A stretch of 63,825 nucleotides of DNA, the filler included, from Octopus bimaculoides (taxonomy: Eukaryota): NCBI RefSeq assembly GCF_001194135.2. It is 9 parts of 9 records of this genome, joined end to end, with 100 filler letters (N's around TTAATTAATTAA, not from the genome) between each part and the next. Parts side by side here need not be neighbours in the genome. Positions count along the whole stretch, not along the records: positions 49,890 to 58,874 come from NC_069001.1; positions 58,975 to 61,106 come from NW_026392012.1; positions 61,207 to 62,558 come from NW_026419764.1; positions 62,659 to 63,825 come from NC_069004.1; 5 more parts are not named here. One strand, 5' to 3'. Under the pieces are notes generated by a model that saw nothing but the letters and a program-made list of their open reading frames with translations, was not told the DNA's origin and ran no database searches. Positions 52,120 through 63,825 of the stretch are shown in pieces. Position 1 is the first letter of the stretch, and the number at the start of each line of letters is the position of its first letter. Position numbers and translations under genes: made by a program.

Positions 52120-52300
52120 GTCTTTGTGTCTGTGTTTGATCTCACCAACGCTTCACAACCACTGTTCGGCACAAAAGGTCTATAGGATAAGTATCAAGCT
52201 TCAAAAAAAAAAAAAAAAAGAAAAGAAAAGACAGGCACAGAAGTTCTTCTGTGTGGTGCCCCAGCATGACCGCAGTCAAATGACGGAAACAAGTAAGAGA
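52120..52300 (+). mobile_element. SINE family A 3' half
   Basis: caccaacgcttcacaacc...cagcatgaccgcagtcaaatgacggaaacaagtaa. Confidence 0.65.
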
Positions 52301-52440
52301 AAATGTCTCTGATCGCGAAACGATCGCTGTTTGGAAACTGGCAATTTTGCGCTACGTCGCACTGGACATAGAGCCCGTATTTTGGCGACGTGTGTGTGCA
52401 TGTGTGTATGTGTGTGCGTGTATGAGTGAGTGTGTGAGTA

Positions 52441-52478
<38 letters not shown>

Positions 52479-53337
52479 GTCATTTTTTAAAAACTTTGTT
52501 GTGCCAAGTAAACACACGCATTATATATTTTTCCCCTCGTTTATTACTGTTCTTCTTAGAAGAACATAATGGAGTAAGTGGAGCAAGAACACACACGAAA
52601 ATGTAAAGTGTCGCTGAAAAGGTCACAGATGTGTGACGAAAGATTTCCGGACAATGGACTTGAGTTAAAATAACAAAATAAGAACAGTAGTAAACGAGTG
52701 AAGAAAAAATATATAGTGCGTGTGTTTATTTGAAAAAAAAAAAAATGACCGTCCCGAAATACAACAACATCTGTTTCAACACACGATTTCACGTTAGGAA
52801 TCTTGCAACTCGAATTGATAAACGTGTATATGTGTATATAAATGTATACACACACATATATATACATACATACACACATATANNNNNNNNNNNNNNNNNN
52901 NNNNNNNNNNNNNNNNNNNNNNNNNNNNNNNNNNNNNNNNNNNNNNNNNNNNNNNNNNNNNNNNNNNNNNNNNNNNNNNNNNNNNNNNNNNNNNNNNNNN
53001 NNNNNNNNNNNNNNNNNNNNNNNNNNNNNNNNNNNNNNNNNNNNNNNNNNNNNNNNNNNNNNNNNNNNNNNNNNNNNNNNNNNNNNNNNNNNNNNNNNNN
53101 NNNNNNNNNNNNNNNNNNNNNNNNNNNNNNNNNNNNNNNNNNNNNNNNNNNNNNNNNNNNNNNNNNNNNNNNNNNNNNNNNNNNNNNNNNNNNNNNNNNN
53201 NNNNNNNNNNNNNNNNNNNNNNNNNNNNNNNNNNNNNNNNNNNNNNNNNNNNNNNNNNNNNNNNNNNNNNNNNNNNNNNNNNNNNNNNNNNNNNNNNNNN
53301 NNNNNNNNNNNNNNNNNNNNNNNNNNNNNNNNNNNNN

Positions 53338-53368
<31 letters not shown>

Positions 53369-53499
53369 GTATGTATCTAAGTTTATAACTACATGTATGT
53401 ATGTGTATATATAGTTATGTGTAAACGCGTGTTCATGTGTAGTTCATATATATGTGTATATAAATGTATACACACACATATATATACATACATACACAC

Positions 53500-53532
<33 letters not shown>

Positions 53533-54029
53533 CGTATATACATATATACGTATATATGTATTTATATATCTATACTTATAGATGTAAATATTTTTATGTA
53601 TATGCTTTTATATGTGTGTGTGTGTGTGTGTTTATCTTCTGTAATATAGCAAAGAATCAATTCCTCAACTGACGTCTCAACTCTCATGTGTAGACGTAAT
53701 CACGTTTCGTGCGAGACTTCTGCCTACGTCATCTTCTCCTCTGCGACCCGTGACACACTTGTCATTCCAGGAACAGGAATCCATAAAAATTTTAAGACGT
53801 TATGACGTCACTACCGCTGCTCTGCTGTAATGCACTGTTAGTGTGCAGCGATGAGGCGATGAAATGCTACGCCATGCTATGCAGTTGATGTCATCGCCTC
53901 GTTGAGGCTGTCATTCAGTGTCGATTGTGGGTGGCAGCAGTGGAGCGCCTTGCTGGAGGTGATGGTGGTTAAGGAACAGAAGATATAAAAGAAATGAAAG
54001 GATAGGAAAGAAAAGAAAGAAAAATAAAG

Positions 54030-55105
54030 TTGATGACGATGACGACGACGACGACGACCACGACCACGACCACCACGACCACCACCACCACTACCAATAC
54101 CACCATCATCGCCATTACTATCACTACCTTCAACGCTACCACTTCCACCAACACCACCACCACCAACATCATCACTACCGCCACCATCAACACCACCACC
54201 ATCAGCACCAACAACACTAACACAACCACCACTACCACAACCACCTGCTCCACCACTGCCACTACCATCAACACCACCACAACAAGCATCACCACCAACA
54301 TCAACATCTCCATTACACCACCACCACAGCCACCAACACACAACCATCTCCCCTATCGGCACTATCACCACCACGACCACGACCATGACCACCACGGACC
54401 ACCACCACCTCCAGCACCACCCCAAACTGCNNNNNNNNNNNNNNNNNNNNNNNNNNNNNNNNNNNNNNNNNNNNNNNNNNNNNNNNNNNNNNNNNNNNNN
54501 NNNNNNNNNNNNNNNNNNNNNNNNNNNNNNNNNNNNNNNNNNNNNNNNNNNNNNNNNNNNNNNNNNNNNNNNNNNNNNNNNNNNNNNNNNNNNNNNNNNN
54601 NNNNNNNNNNNNNNNNNNNNNNNNNNNNNNNNNNNNNNNNNNNNNNNNNNNNNNNNNNNNNNNNNNNNNNNNNNNNNNNNNNNNNNNNNNNNNNNNNNNN
54701 NNNNNNNNNNNNNNNNNNNNNNNNNNNNNNNNNNNNNNNNNNNNNNNNNNNNNNNNNNNNNNNNNNNNNNNNNNNNNNNNNNNNNNNNNNNNNNNNNNNN
54801 NNNNNNNNNNNNNNNNNNNNNNNNNNNNNNNNNNNNNNNNNNNNNNNNNNNNNNNNNNNNNNNNNNNNNNNNNNNNNNNNNNNNNNNACCCCCACCACCC
54901 CACCACCCCTACCAATGCCACCACCGTCACCACCACCACCATCACCACCATCACCACCGCCGAAAAAATTAACACCACAATCGACACCCTTATCACAACC
55001 ACCCCGGCCTTTACCTATACCATCCCCATCACAACCATCATAATCATCATCATCATCATCATCATCATCAACATCATCATCGTCATCATCATCATCAACA
55101 TCATC
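54030..55105 (+). repeat. (ACC/ACG/ATC)n cryptic trinucleotide region spanning a gap
   Basis: Direct reading. Confidence 0.85.
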
Positions 55106-55438
55106 ATGGTCAGCATAAGTGCTAATGAAAACAATGCGATTGAATTTAATATTTGGTGAACCTTAAGGTCTGGCGGTGACGATATTTCTTCGTGTTTGGT
55201 TCAGTAGAAATCAGAGTCAGTAAAGAGCTTGCAGAAACTGTGGCCATTTTAAGTTATATATAATAAGGGTTCACATTCCACTATTGTAGGTTATCTTCCG
55301 AGGGACGATGAAATAAGTACCAGTAATGACCTGGTTCCATCGCTATTAATCCAGTTACATCTTCCCTTTACCGACATTTGTAACCTTCAAATATTGCTTG
55401 AGATTATACATATATATGTGTGTGTGTACGTATGTATG

Positions 55439-55475
<37 letters not shown>

Positions 55476-56248
55476 GTATATATATATACATATATATATA
55501 TACATATATATATGTGTGTGTGCATGCATATATGTATGTGTATATATGTATGTATGTATGTATCTGTATGTATGTATGTTTGTTTGTATGTATCTATGTA
55601 TGTATGTATGTTTGTATATGTATATATGTATATGTGTATGCCCGAGTATTTGTATTACTCCAGAATAAGACGGTTGGGCGCAGCACTTTAGACGCTGGTG
55701 ATAGAGGACGCTAAACAGGCAATGGAAGAAGGAGTTTAAATATGAAGTTGCAAACTTCTTCATTTAAATCCAAACCCTGTGTAAGTCATGATGTCAGACG
55801 AGGCCATTGTCATTGTGCTTGGTTTGTTTGAGGCATCAGTGGTGTAAGGGTGACGATAGAAGCCGTGTTGCTATACTGATAGAATACAAAGTAATTTTTG
55901 TTCAGAAGAATGTTAAGGGGTCGAGAGGGAGAGAAAATATACGACGTTGTGGTTTTTGTGGCGAGTATAAGAGGTGTTAAGAGAATTTGCAGGAAATAAA
56001 GAAAATTGAATGAAAGAGTAATATGTCAGAAAGAAACTAGCAGTGTAAATCGAATGAAGAACGGGTGTTTTTTGAAGGAAGAAAAATTAACGAGAATTCA
56101 CGAAGGAAATATTGATGACAAGAAAGAAAAACTGAAGAGGGGAAAGGACAGAAAATACGAAGAATAGAAGAAAAGAAGAAAAGAACAATCATAAACTTGA
56201 GAGAAAAAAGAATGAAAGATTGACAGAAAGAAAACATTAGGTATGTAT

Positions 56249-56303
<55 letters not shown>

Positions 56304-56354
56304 AACAGAAATCACAAAGTGACAGAGGGTACTGACTATAACCGCCTTTGTTAA

Positions 56355-56722
56355 AGATAAGAGTTAAACTAACTCAAGGCCACAGTCTTAAGTGACTGAC
56401 AAAGGAAGGTAAGTACCCAGTGTACATAGCCGGATCGTGATTTCGGATTTTGATGTAGACCTTCTTAAGCTTCATCAGCGGCTCTTAACACCTAGGGTTA
56501 AACTCAACTACCTCTGTCAGTCTTATAAGAAAAGCCGTTGAAAACTTGTGCTGATTTCCAAAAAGTGAAAACTGCAAATTTAAAAGTATGGCTTATCAGC
56601 AATTAGAACCTAAAGGCAACACCCGAAATCGCGATCCGGCTATGTACGCTGGAGACTTACCTCCCTTTGTCAGTCAGTTAAGACAGTACTTTTGTGGCTT
56701 TGAGTTAGTTTAACTCTTATCT
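56355..56722. mobile_element. Inverted-repeat element with two divergently oriented hammerhead-like motifs (possible Penelope pseudo-LTR pair; MITE as alternative)
   Basis: Arm 56355-56447 is inverted at 56623-56722. The - strand reads AGCCG-CTGATGA-N27-GAAA-TCACGA-TC-CGGCT and the + strand reads AGCCG-tTGAAaA-N80-GAAA-TCGCGA-TC-CGGCT. Confidence 0.65.
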
Positions 56723-56763
56723 TTAGCGAGTACCGCCGATATGTGAAGTTCTTAGTCTTATTG

Positions 56764-56835
56764 TGAAACTGTGTATTAGTAGGTACGACATGAAACTGTG
56801 TATTAGTAGGTACGACATGAAACTGTGTATTAGTA
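56764..56835 (+). repeat. 27-bp tandem repeat x2.7
   Basis: tgaaactgtgtattagtaggtacgaca at 56764, 56791 and 56818. Confidence 0.9.
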
Positions 56836-58071
56836 TTTCGGTCGATAACTGATGCAGAATTAGGGCTCTTCTGTGTATGTCCTACGTGTAAGTTTTTAAG
56901 TATTTGAAATATTTTTCAGTTATTGAGAGTAACTTAGTGCCACGCATCCTGACTTTTGTCGGGCTGGCCAGATTGGAGCAATATCGAGAATAACCAGCTG
57001 AAATTGCAAAGATAATGTGGATCTCGACTGATGAAAGAAAACTCCGAATGACCTGTCCTTCTTTTCTTCGTATCGTCTATCTGGATGCTTTGTTGTCCCT
57101 TTCTTGTATCACCTAACTGTCTGGATGTTTTGCGTTCTTGTCCCATTTTATATAATTTATATATATNNNNNNNNNNNNNNNNNNNNNNNNNNNNNNNNNN
57201 NNNNNNNNNNNNNNNNNNNNNNNNNNNNNNNNNNNNNNNNNNNNNNNNNNNNNNNNNNNNNNNNNNNNNNNNNNNNNNNNNNNNNNNNNNNNNNNNNNNN
57301 NNNNNNNNNNNNNNNNNNNNNNNNNNNNNNNNNNNNNNNNNNNNNNNNNNNNNNNNNNNNNNNNNNNNNNNNNNNNNNNNNNNNNNNNNNNNNNNNNNNN
57401 NNNNNNNNNNNNNNNNNNNNNNNNNNNNNNNNNNNNNNNNNNNNNNNNNNNNNNNNNNNNNNNNNNNNNNNNNNNNNNNNNNNNNNNNNNNNNNNNNNNN
57501 NNNNNNNNNNNNNNNNNNNNNNNNNNNNNNNNNNNNNNNNNNNNNNNNNNNNNNNNNNNNNNNNNNNNNNNNNNNNNNNNNNNNNNNNNNNNNNNNNNNN
57601 NNNNNNNNNNNNNNNNNNNNNNNNNNNNNNNNNNNNNNNNNNNNNNNNNNNNNNNNNNNNNNNNNNNNNNNNNNNNNNNNNNNNNNNNNNNNNNNNNNNN
57701 NNNNNNNNNNNNNNNNNNNNNNNNNNNNNNNNNNNNNNNNNNNNNNNNNNNNNNNNNNNNNNNNNNNNNNNNNNNNNNNNNNNNNNNNNNNNNNNNNNNN
57801 NNNNNNNNNNNNNNNNNNNNNNNNNNNNNNNNNNNNNNNNNNNNNNNNNNNNNNNNNNNNNNNNNNNNNNNNNNNNNNNNNNNNNNNNNNNNNNNNNNNN
57901 NNNNNNNNNNNNNNNNNNNNNNNNNNNNNNNNNNNNNNNNNNNNNNNNNNNNNNNNNNNNNNNNNNNNNNNNNNNNNNNNNNNNNNNNNNNNNNNNNNNN
58001 NNNNNNNNNNNNNNNNNNNNNNNNNNNNNNNNNNNNNNNNNNNNNTATATATATATATATACATACAGACG

Positions 58072-58149
<78 letters not shown>

Positions 58150-58486
58150 CAGAAAGAAAATCATCAGACAGAAAGAACTAAACAAAAAAAAGGAGAGAGA
58201 CAGACCGAAAGGATTCTACAGAGATGCTGAATGTAGTCTGATGTGAGTCGGCGGATACGGAGAAGGTTGCATCTTGCAGTATAGTGAATAATTCAAATGG
58301 CAAACACTTGCGTCAGCGAGCGTCCATAGTGAGGCAGGTCACACGCACCGGAAGTCGTTTTCAGGGCAGCGCCTTGCAACGCTTGCCAATTGCAGGGTTT
58401 TGAATTGTAGAGCATGTTAATAAATGCCGGAACACAGAATGGAAAATCCGCTGCTCCGGTCATTCTCATTATGTGACTTGCAATTT

Positions 58487-58518
<32 letters not shown>

Positions 58519-58835
58519 GCTCACAAACACACAACCACACATGCACATACACACACACGCACATACACACACACACATATACACACACACATATACATAC
58601 GCACACGGACACAGACACACACGTATATGTGTGAGTTCGTATGTCTACATTTTTGTATCTGATCATTTTTCCACTCTCGGTGCGCGCGTGTGTGCGTGTG
58701 TGTGTGCGTGTGCGTGTATGTTTGCGTGTGTGTATAAGTTTGTATGTAGAAATATATACTTTCATGAAAGAATATACATATACATACATATACACCTATA
58801 TGCATATATATATATCATATTTACATATATGTATG

Positions 58836-58874
<39 letters not shown>

Positions 58875-58999
58875 NNNNNNNNNNNNNNNNNNNNNNNNNN
58901 NNNNNNNNNNNNNNNNNNTTAATTAATTAANNNNNNNNNNNNNNNNNNNNNNNNNNNNNNNNNNNNNNNNNNNNTGTGTGTGTGTGTGTGTGTATGTAT

Positions 59000-59205
59000 A
59001 TGTTTGTGTGTCTGTGTTTATCCCTCCAACATCGCTTGACAACCGGTGCCGGTGTGTTTACGTCTCTGTAACCTAGCGGTTTGGCATAAGGGACCGATAG
59101 ACTACGTACTAGGTTTACAAAGAATGAGTCTTGGGGTCGATTTGCTCGACTAAAGGCGGTGCTCCAGCATGGCCACAGTCAAAATGACTGAAACAAGCAA
59201 AAGAA
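59000..59205 (+). mobile_element. SINE family A 3' half
   Basis: ccctccaacatcgcttgacaacc...ggggtcgatttgctcgactaaaggcggtgctccagcatggcc. Confidence 0.85.
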
Positions 59206-59447
59206 TAAAAGAATATATATATATATAATAAACTAGAAAAAAAGAATTCTTGTGGAGGGGTGTGTAAGATACCCAGTTCACTGGTACCCTCAGTTGAATA
59301 CGACAGAAATAGGGGTACAATGTAAATGGTATACAATAAATTCAATACACAGATTCGATTGACAATCCAATAATTTATTTATATTATAATATAGCATAAT
59401 GTGTGTGTGTGTATTTGTGTGTGTGTGTGTTTGTGTGTGTGTGTATT

Positions 59448-59482
<35 letters not shown>

Positions 59483-59610
59483 ATGCACAAATACGTCTAA
59501 ATTCCTTCAATTTTGTAAGTTAGTCATTTTTAGGAAATACTCGGGAAAGAAAAAAACGAAAACAGAAAAACAAGCACCACCCACATCACCATTTTCTCTC
59601 AGAAATACAA

Positions 59611-60000
59611 ACGCAGAAGTGGCTGTGTGGTAAGTAGTTTGCTTACCAACCACATGGTTCCGGGTTCAGTCCCACTGCGTGGCACCTTGGGCAAGTGTCT
59701 TCTACTATAGCCTCGGGCCGACCAAAGCCTTGTGAGTGGATTTGGTAGACGGAAACTGAAAGAAGCCTGTCGTATATATGTATATATATANNNNNNNNNN
59801 NNNNNNNNNNNNNNNNNNNNNNNNNNNNNNNNNNNNNNNNNNNNNNNNNNNNNNNNNNNNNNNNNNNNNNNNNNNNNNNNNNNNNNNNNNNNNNNNNNNN
59901 NNNNNNNNNNNNNNNNNNNNNGGGGTCGATTTGCTCGACTAAAGGCAGTGCTCCAGCATGGCCGCAGTCAAATGACTGAAACAAGTAAAAGAGTAAAAGA
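59611..60000 (+). mobile_element. SINE family A, full copy (gap in the internal microsatellite)
   Basis: tRNA-like head gtggctgtgtggtaag...ggttccgggttcagtccc, ccttgggcaagt core, (TA)n, gap, then the 3' half. Confidence 0.9.
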
Positions 60001-60500
60001 GTACACATATCCTTTTATTATGTGTGTGGTGGTGGGGGTGGGTCTAAGATTTAAAAAAAAAAATGGGGTTGCTTGTTCTCACCCCTTATCTCTGTTTTTC
60101 TTTTCAGACCCAGACAGAAGGGAACAAATGTTCCGTTCCTTCTCCGGTCGTGGTTGCGATAGAAATAAGCGAAAGGGACTACAACTTATCTTCCTAACCC
60201 CACCCCCAACTCTCTCCCTTCACCCACGTCCACCATTTGTTGCATACCCCTCCCTCTATCTTTAGCATTTTTGTCTCTAACCAGTCAAATGGTATGAGTA
60301 GTAGAACTGAGCTTCTGACACAATGATGGCGAGACCAAAGAACATCATGGGATGGATATTGGTGAATAAACACTTTTTTGTATGGAAGTTGTTTAAACTA
60401 GCAATTAAAGCATGAAATACAAAAATACTTTTCATTCTACTTGGTACATACATACATGCCTATCTCTATCCATCCATCCATCTGTCCGTTTTTCTGTCTA

Positions 60501-60785
60501 TCATCATCGTTTAACGTCCGCTTTCCATGCTAGCATGGGTTGGATGATTTGACTGAGGAGTGGTGAAACCCGATGGCTACATCAGGCTCCAGTCTGGTCT
60601 GGTAGGGAGTGTAATGGTGTTTCTACATGCCCCCGGCACGGGTGCCATTTGCGTGGCACCAGTATCTACCATGACTGTGATTTTGCTCAGCTTGATGGGT
60701 CTTCTTCTGAAGCATGACATAGAGGCCAAAGATCACGGTCATTGCGTCTGTGAAGCCCAACGCTCCAAAAGGAACTCGGCCAATT
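60501..60785 (-). mobile_element. Severely 5'-truncated RTE LINE (related subfamily, shorter 3' UTR)
   Basis: Tail catcatcgtttaacgtccgctttccatgctagcatgggttgga matches 46600-46650. It encodes LGFTDAMT/DRDLW...KTHQAE, like the ORF2 end at 47514-47600. Confidence 0.75.
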
Positions 60786-61698
60786 TGTCTCCATGATGAT
60801 GATGAGGATGTATGTATTTCTGTGTCTGTGTTTGTCCTCCCAATATAAATGTGAGCCTCTTTGTACATATTTACACACTCCCACACACACATACTCTCTC
60901 ACACACATGCACATAGACACAGACATGCACACACACACACACATACACATGCACTCACACACCTCCGCAGACACAGGCCTCAGTTCCCCTGTTTTGTCAC
61001 AAGATGAAATAGGGTGGGAACCAGAGCTTGGAGGCTGCATCTGTTTTTACTATCAATACCAACACCACCACCACCACCACCACCACTGCTGCTGCTGCTG
61101 CCACCTNNNNNNNNNNNNNNNNNNNNNNNNNNNNNNNNNNNNNNNNNNNNTTAATTAATTAANNNNNNNNNNNNNNNNNNNNNNNNNNNNNNNNNNNNNN
61201 NNNNNNATATATATATATATACACACACATATATTCTTTCATTCTTTCAATCTTTTCAGCCATGCAGCTGCAGTCATACTGGAGCACATATATGCATGTA
61301 TGCACTCATACAAATGTATGTTTCTGTACATTTTTGATAGATATATGCCTATGTGACGTTTACATATATATTTTAGACACTACGGCCAAAACATTGCTTC
61401 GAGTAATCCTTCAAATATATCCCTGCATTCTTATATAATACATCCATGCATATATCTACATGTGTGTGTGTGTATGCTTGTGATTCTATATAAACATGTA
61501 AACATGTATGCATCCATGTGTATATATAAAACTATATATACAGTTATATATGCTTCACTATGCATAAATATATATATAATATATATATATAATTATATAT
61601 ATGCATATATATATAATTTTATATATACATATATATATATAGATACACACACACACATGTATATATATATATATATATATATAGATACACACACACAC

Positions 61699-61772
<74 letters not shown>

Positions 61773-62351
61773 TTAGCTATATAGACATACTTATACATAC
61801 CCGCTCGCTCACACACAAAAACAAACGTGTAAATATGTGTGATACGAACCTTTCTATACAACAAACAATTAGATTAACAAAAATAACAACGACACCACCA
61901 ACAACAACAGCAACAAAAACAACAACAACAATAACAATAGCAACAACAAGAAACTACAACGACAACAATAACGATGACGAGGAAACAATAGATGAAAAAA
62001 AAAATAGACCAACAGAAATACATCAAAACAAACAAACAAACATAGAGGCAAAACCCACACAAAACACAAATAGTAAAAGAAAAGAATAATTGAAACGAAA
62101 AAGAGAAAGTGAACGAAAGTGAAAGTAGAAGAGGAAAAAATATGTCTGCCAACAAGCATTCATTGCTTTATTAAACAGAAATAGCCAATCTCAAGAGATA
62201 TTTAATTATTCAATAAGCTTTCATCACCAAATAATATTTACTGTATTAGATTAGCCTGTAAACGACCCATAGATTGTTTGATGTTATGGAAATATTAATA
62301 ATAACATTAATAACGATAATACTGTTCTCACCGAGAGTGATAATAATAATA

Positions 62352-62382
<31 letters not shown>

Positions 62383-62810
62383 TGATAATAATAATAATGA
62401 TGGAGATGGTGATAATAATATAAATAGTAATAATATAGTAATAATAACCTTTCTCTATCAAATTTTCTGTTATGTGCATGTGTGTATATACACACATGTA
62501 TATGTATGTGTGAGTGTTTTTGCGCGTATATATGTATTATGTATGTATGTATGAATGTNNNNNNNNNNNNNNNNNNNNNNNNNNNNNNNNNNNNNNNNNN
62601 NNTTAATTAATTAANNNNNNNNNNNNNNNNNNNNNNNNNNNNNNNNNNNNNNNNNNNNTGAAGAGAGGTGAAGAGACCTACAAAGAAGTAGGAATCGGAG
62701 CAGGAGGTGGGGGAGGGGAGAGATGGGTGGTAGGAGGGAGGGTGGGGGAGATAGAGAGAGAGAGAGTGAGGGGGGTAAATATCATTCTTTGTACATGCAC
62801 TATCCTCAGA

Positions 62811-63132
62811 TTGCTGTGTGGTAAGTAGCTTGCTTACTAACTACATGGTTCCTGGGTAAGTGTCTTCTACTATAGCCTCAGGCTGACCAAAGCCTTGTGA
62901 GTGGATTTGGTACATGGAAACTGGAAGAAGCCTATATGTATGTTTGTGTATATGTTTGTCTCTGTGCTCATCCCACCAACATCGCTTGACAACTGATGCT
63001 GGTGTGCTTATGTGTCCATAACGTAGCAGTACAACAAAAGAGACCAATAGAATAAGTACTAGGGTTGATTTGCTCGACTAAAGCCGGTGCTCCAGCGTGG
63101 CTGCAGTCAAATGACTGAAACAAGTAAAAGAA
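62811..63132 (+). mobile_element. SINE family A, full copy with short internal microsatellite
   Basis: Both halves are present with only about 25 bp of (TATG/TG) between them. Confidence 0.85.
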
Positions 63133-63599
63133 TATGAGAGAGAGAGAGAGAAAGAGAACAGATACAAGAAGACTAAAGTATGTTTTATGAGAAACACTAT
63201 AATGTATATACTGTATTAGAGATGAGATGAATGATAGAGAGAAAGAAAGAGAGAGAGTTTTCCCCATCTCTAGCACCATCAACAACAGATTCAACTTGTA
63301 TCAGGAAAGTAAGACAGAAAATCCAATAATAAGAAGTCAAGTGTTTTTGAGAAAAACTAATGAAATCTTTGATCCTGTTGTTGTTCCGCGTGGATGCATT
63401 TACGACTGTGAATTCCCTTTCGGCAAAGAGGACTACAGTTGCTTGTTTAATCACATTTCTGATTCCATTTATGTAAGAGCTCTTTTATGTGGAACATAAA
63501 TTGTGTTAGCTTCGGCAGACATGTTGGACAATGACAGAGCAAGCAGACAATGATACATAAGTAAATAAACAGGCACGTACGTACACACGCACGCACACA

Positions 63600-63634
<35 letters not shown>

Positions 63635-63739
63635 TTTATGGATATGGATAGGGAAGTAACCTGATAGCCTGATATGTGAATGCATGTATATATGTATATA
63701 TATATGTTACATATTTGTACATATCTATCTATCTATCTA

Positions 63740-63780
<41 letters not shown>

Positions 63781-63825
63781 TAATATGCATGTGTGTTTAT
63801 ATCATCATCATCATCATCATCATCG

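Noticed and set aside
54030-55043. Mucin-like Thr/Pro ORF
   Set aside because: Cryptic (ACC)n repeat across a gap, open in several frames, with no signal peptide or splice support.
56764-56835. CRISPR-like repeat
   Set aside because: The 27-bp units are contiguous with no spacers, and the context is eukaryotic.
62702-62749. G-quadruplex-capable G-tract cluster
   Set aside because: Part of low-complexity purine sequence next to a gap; no context suggesting function.

Overview
AT-rich, microsatellite-saturated eukaryotic DNA from a gapped short-read assembly. Roughly 8 kb is N, including eight fixed 100-bp spacers carrying TTAATTAATTAA. The SINE families and (TA/TG/GATA)n load suggest an octopod cephalopod (inference, not verified). 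No host protein-coding gene can be called with confidence; three weak exon candidates are noted. Nearly all long ORFs in the track are artefacts of N runs or simple repeats. The real content is a dense set of decayed mobile elements. Non-LTR: an R4/Dong-like 5' fragment, a Tx1/L1-like ORF1 split by a SINE, an RTE LINE with a PHD finger inside the RT region, a CR1-like 3' end and a Penelope-like fragment. DNA transposons: three mariners (one DD34D, two irritans-like, one of them with an internal inversion), a DD41D element, two divergently oriented Merlin transposases (one split by a solo LTR) and several MITE/fold-back elements. LTR: Gypsy pol fragments. Three SINE families are present. The most unusual observations are an inverted pair of minimal hammerhead-ribozyme-like motifs (56.36-56.72 kb), the Merlin pair with a nested solo LTR whose removal restores the catalytic motif, and a fold-back element centred on inverted telomere-like repeats. 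All protein-family calls are by eye from hand translation and need database confirmation.
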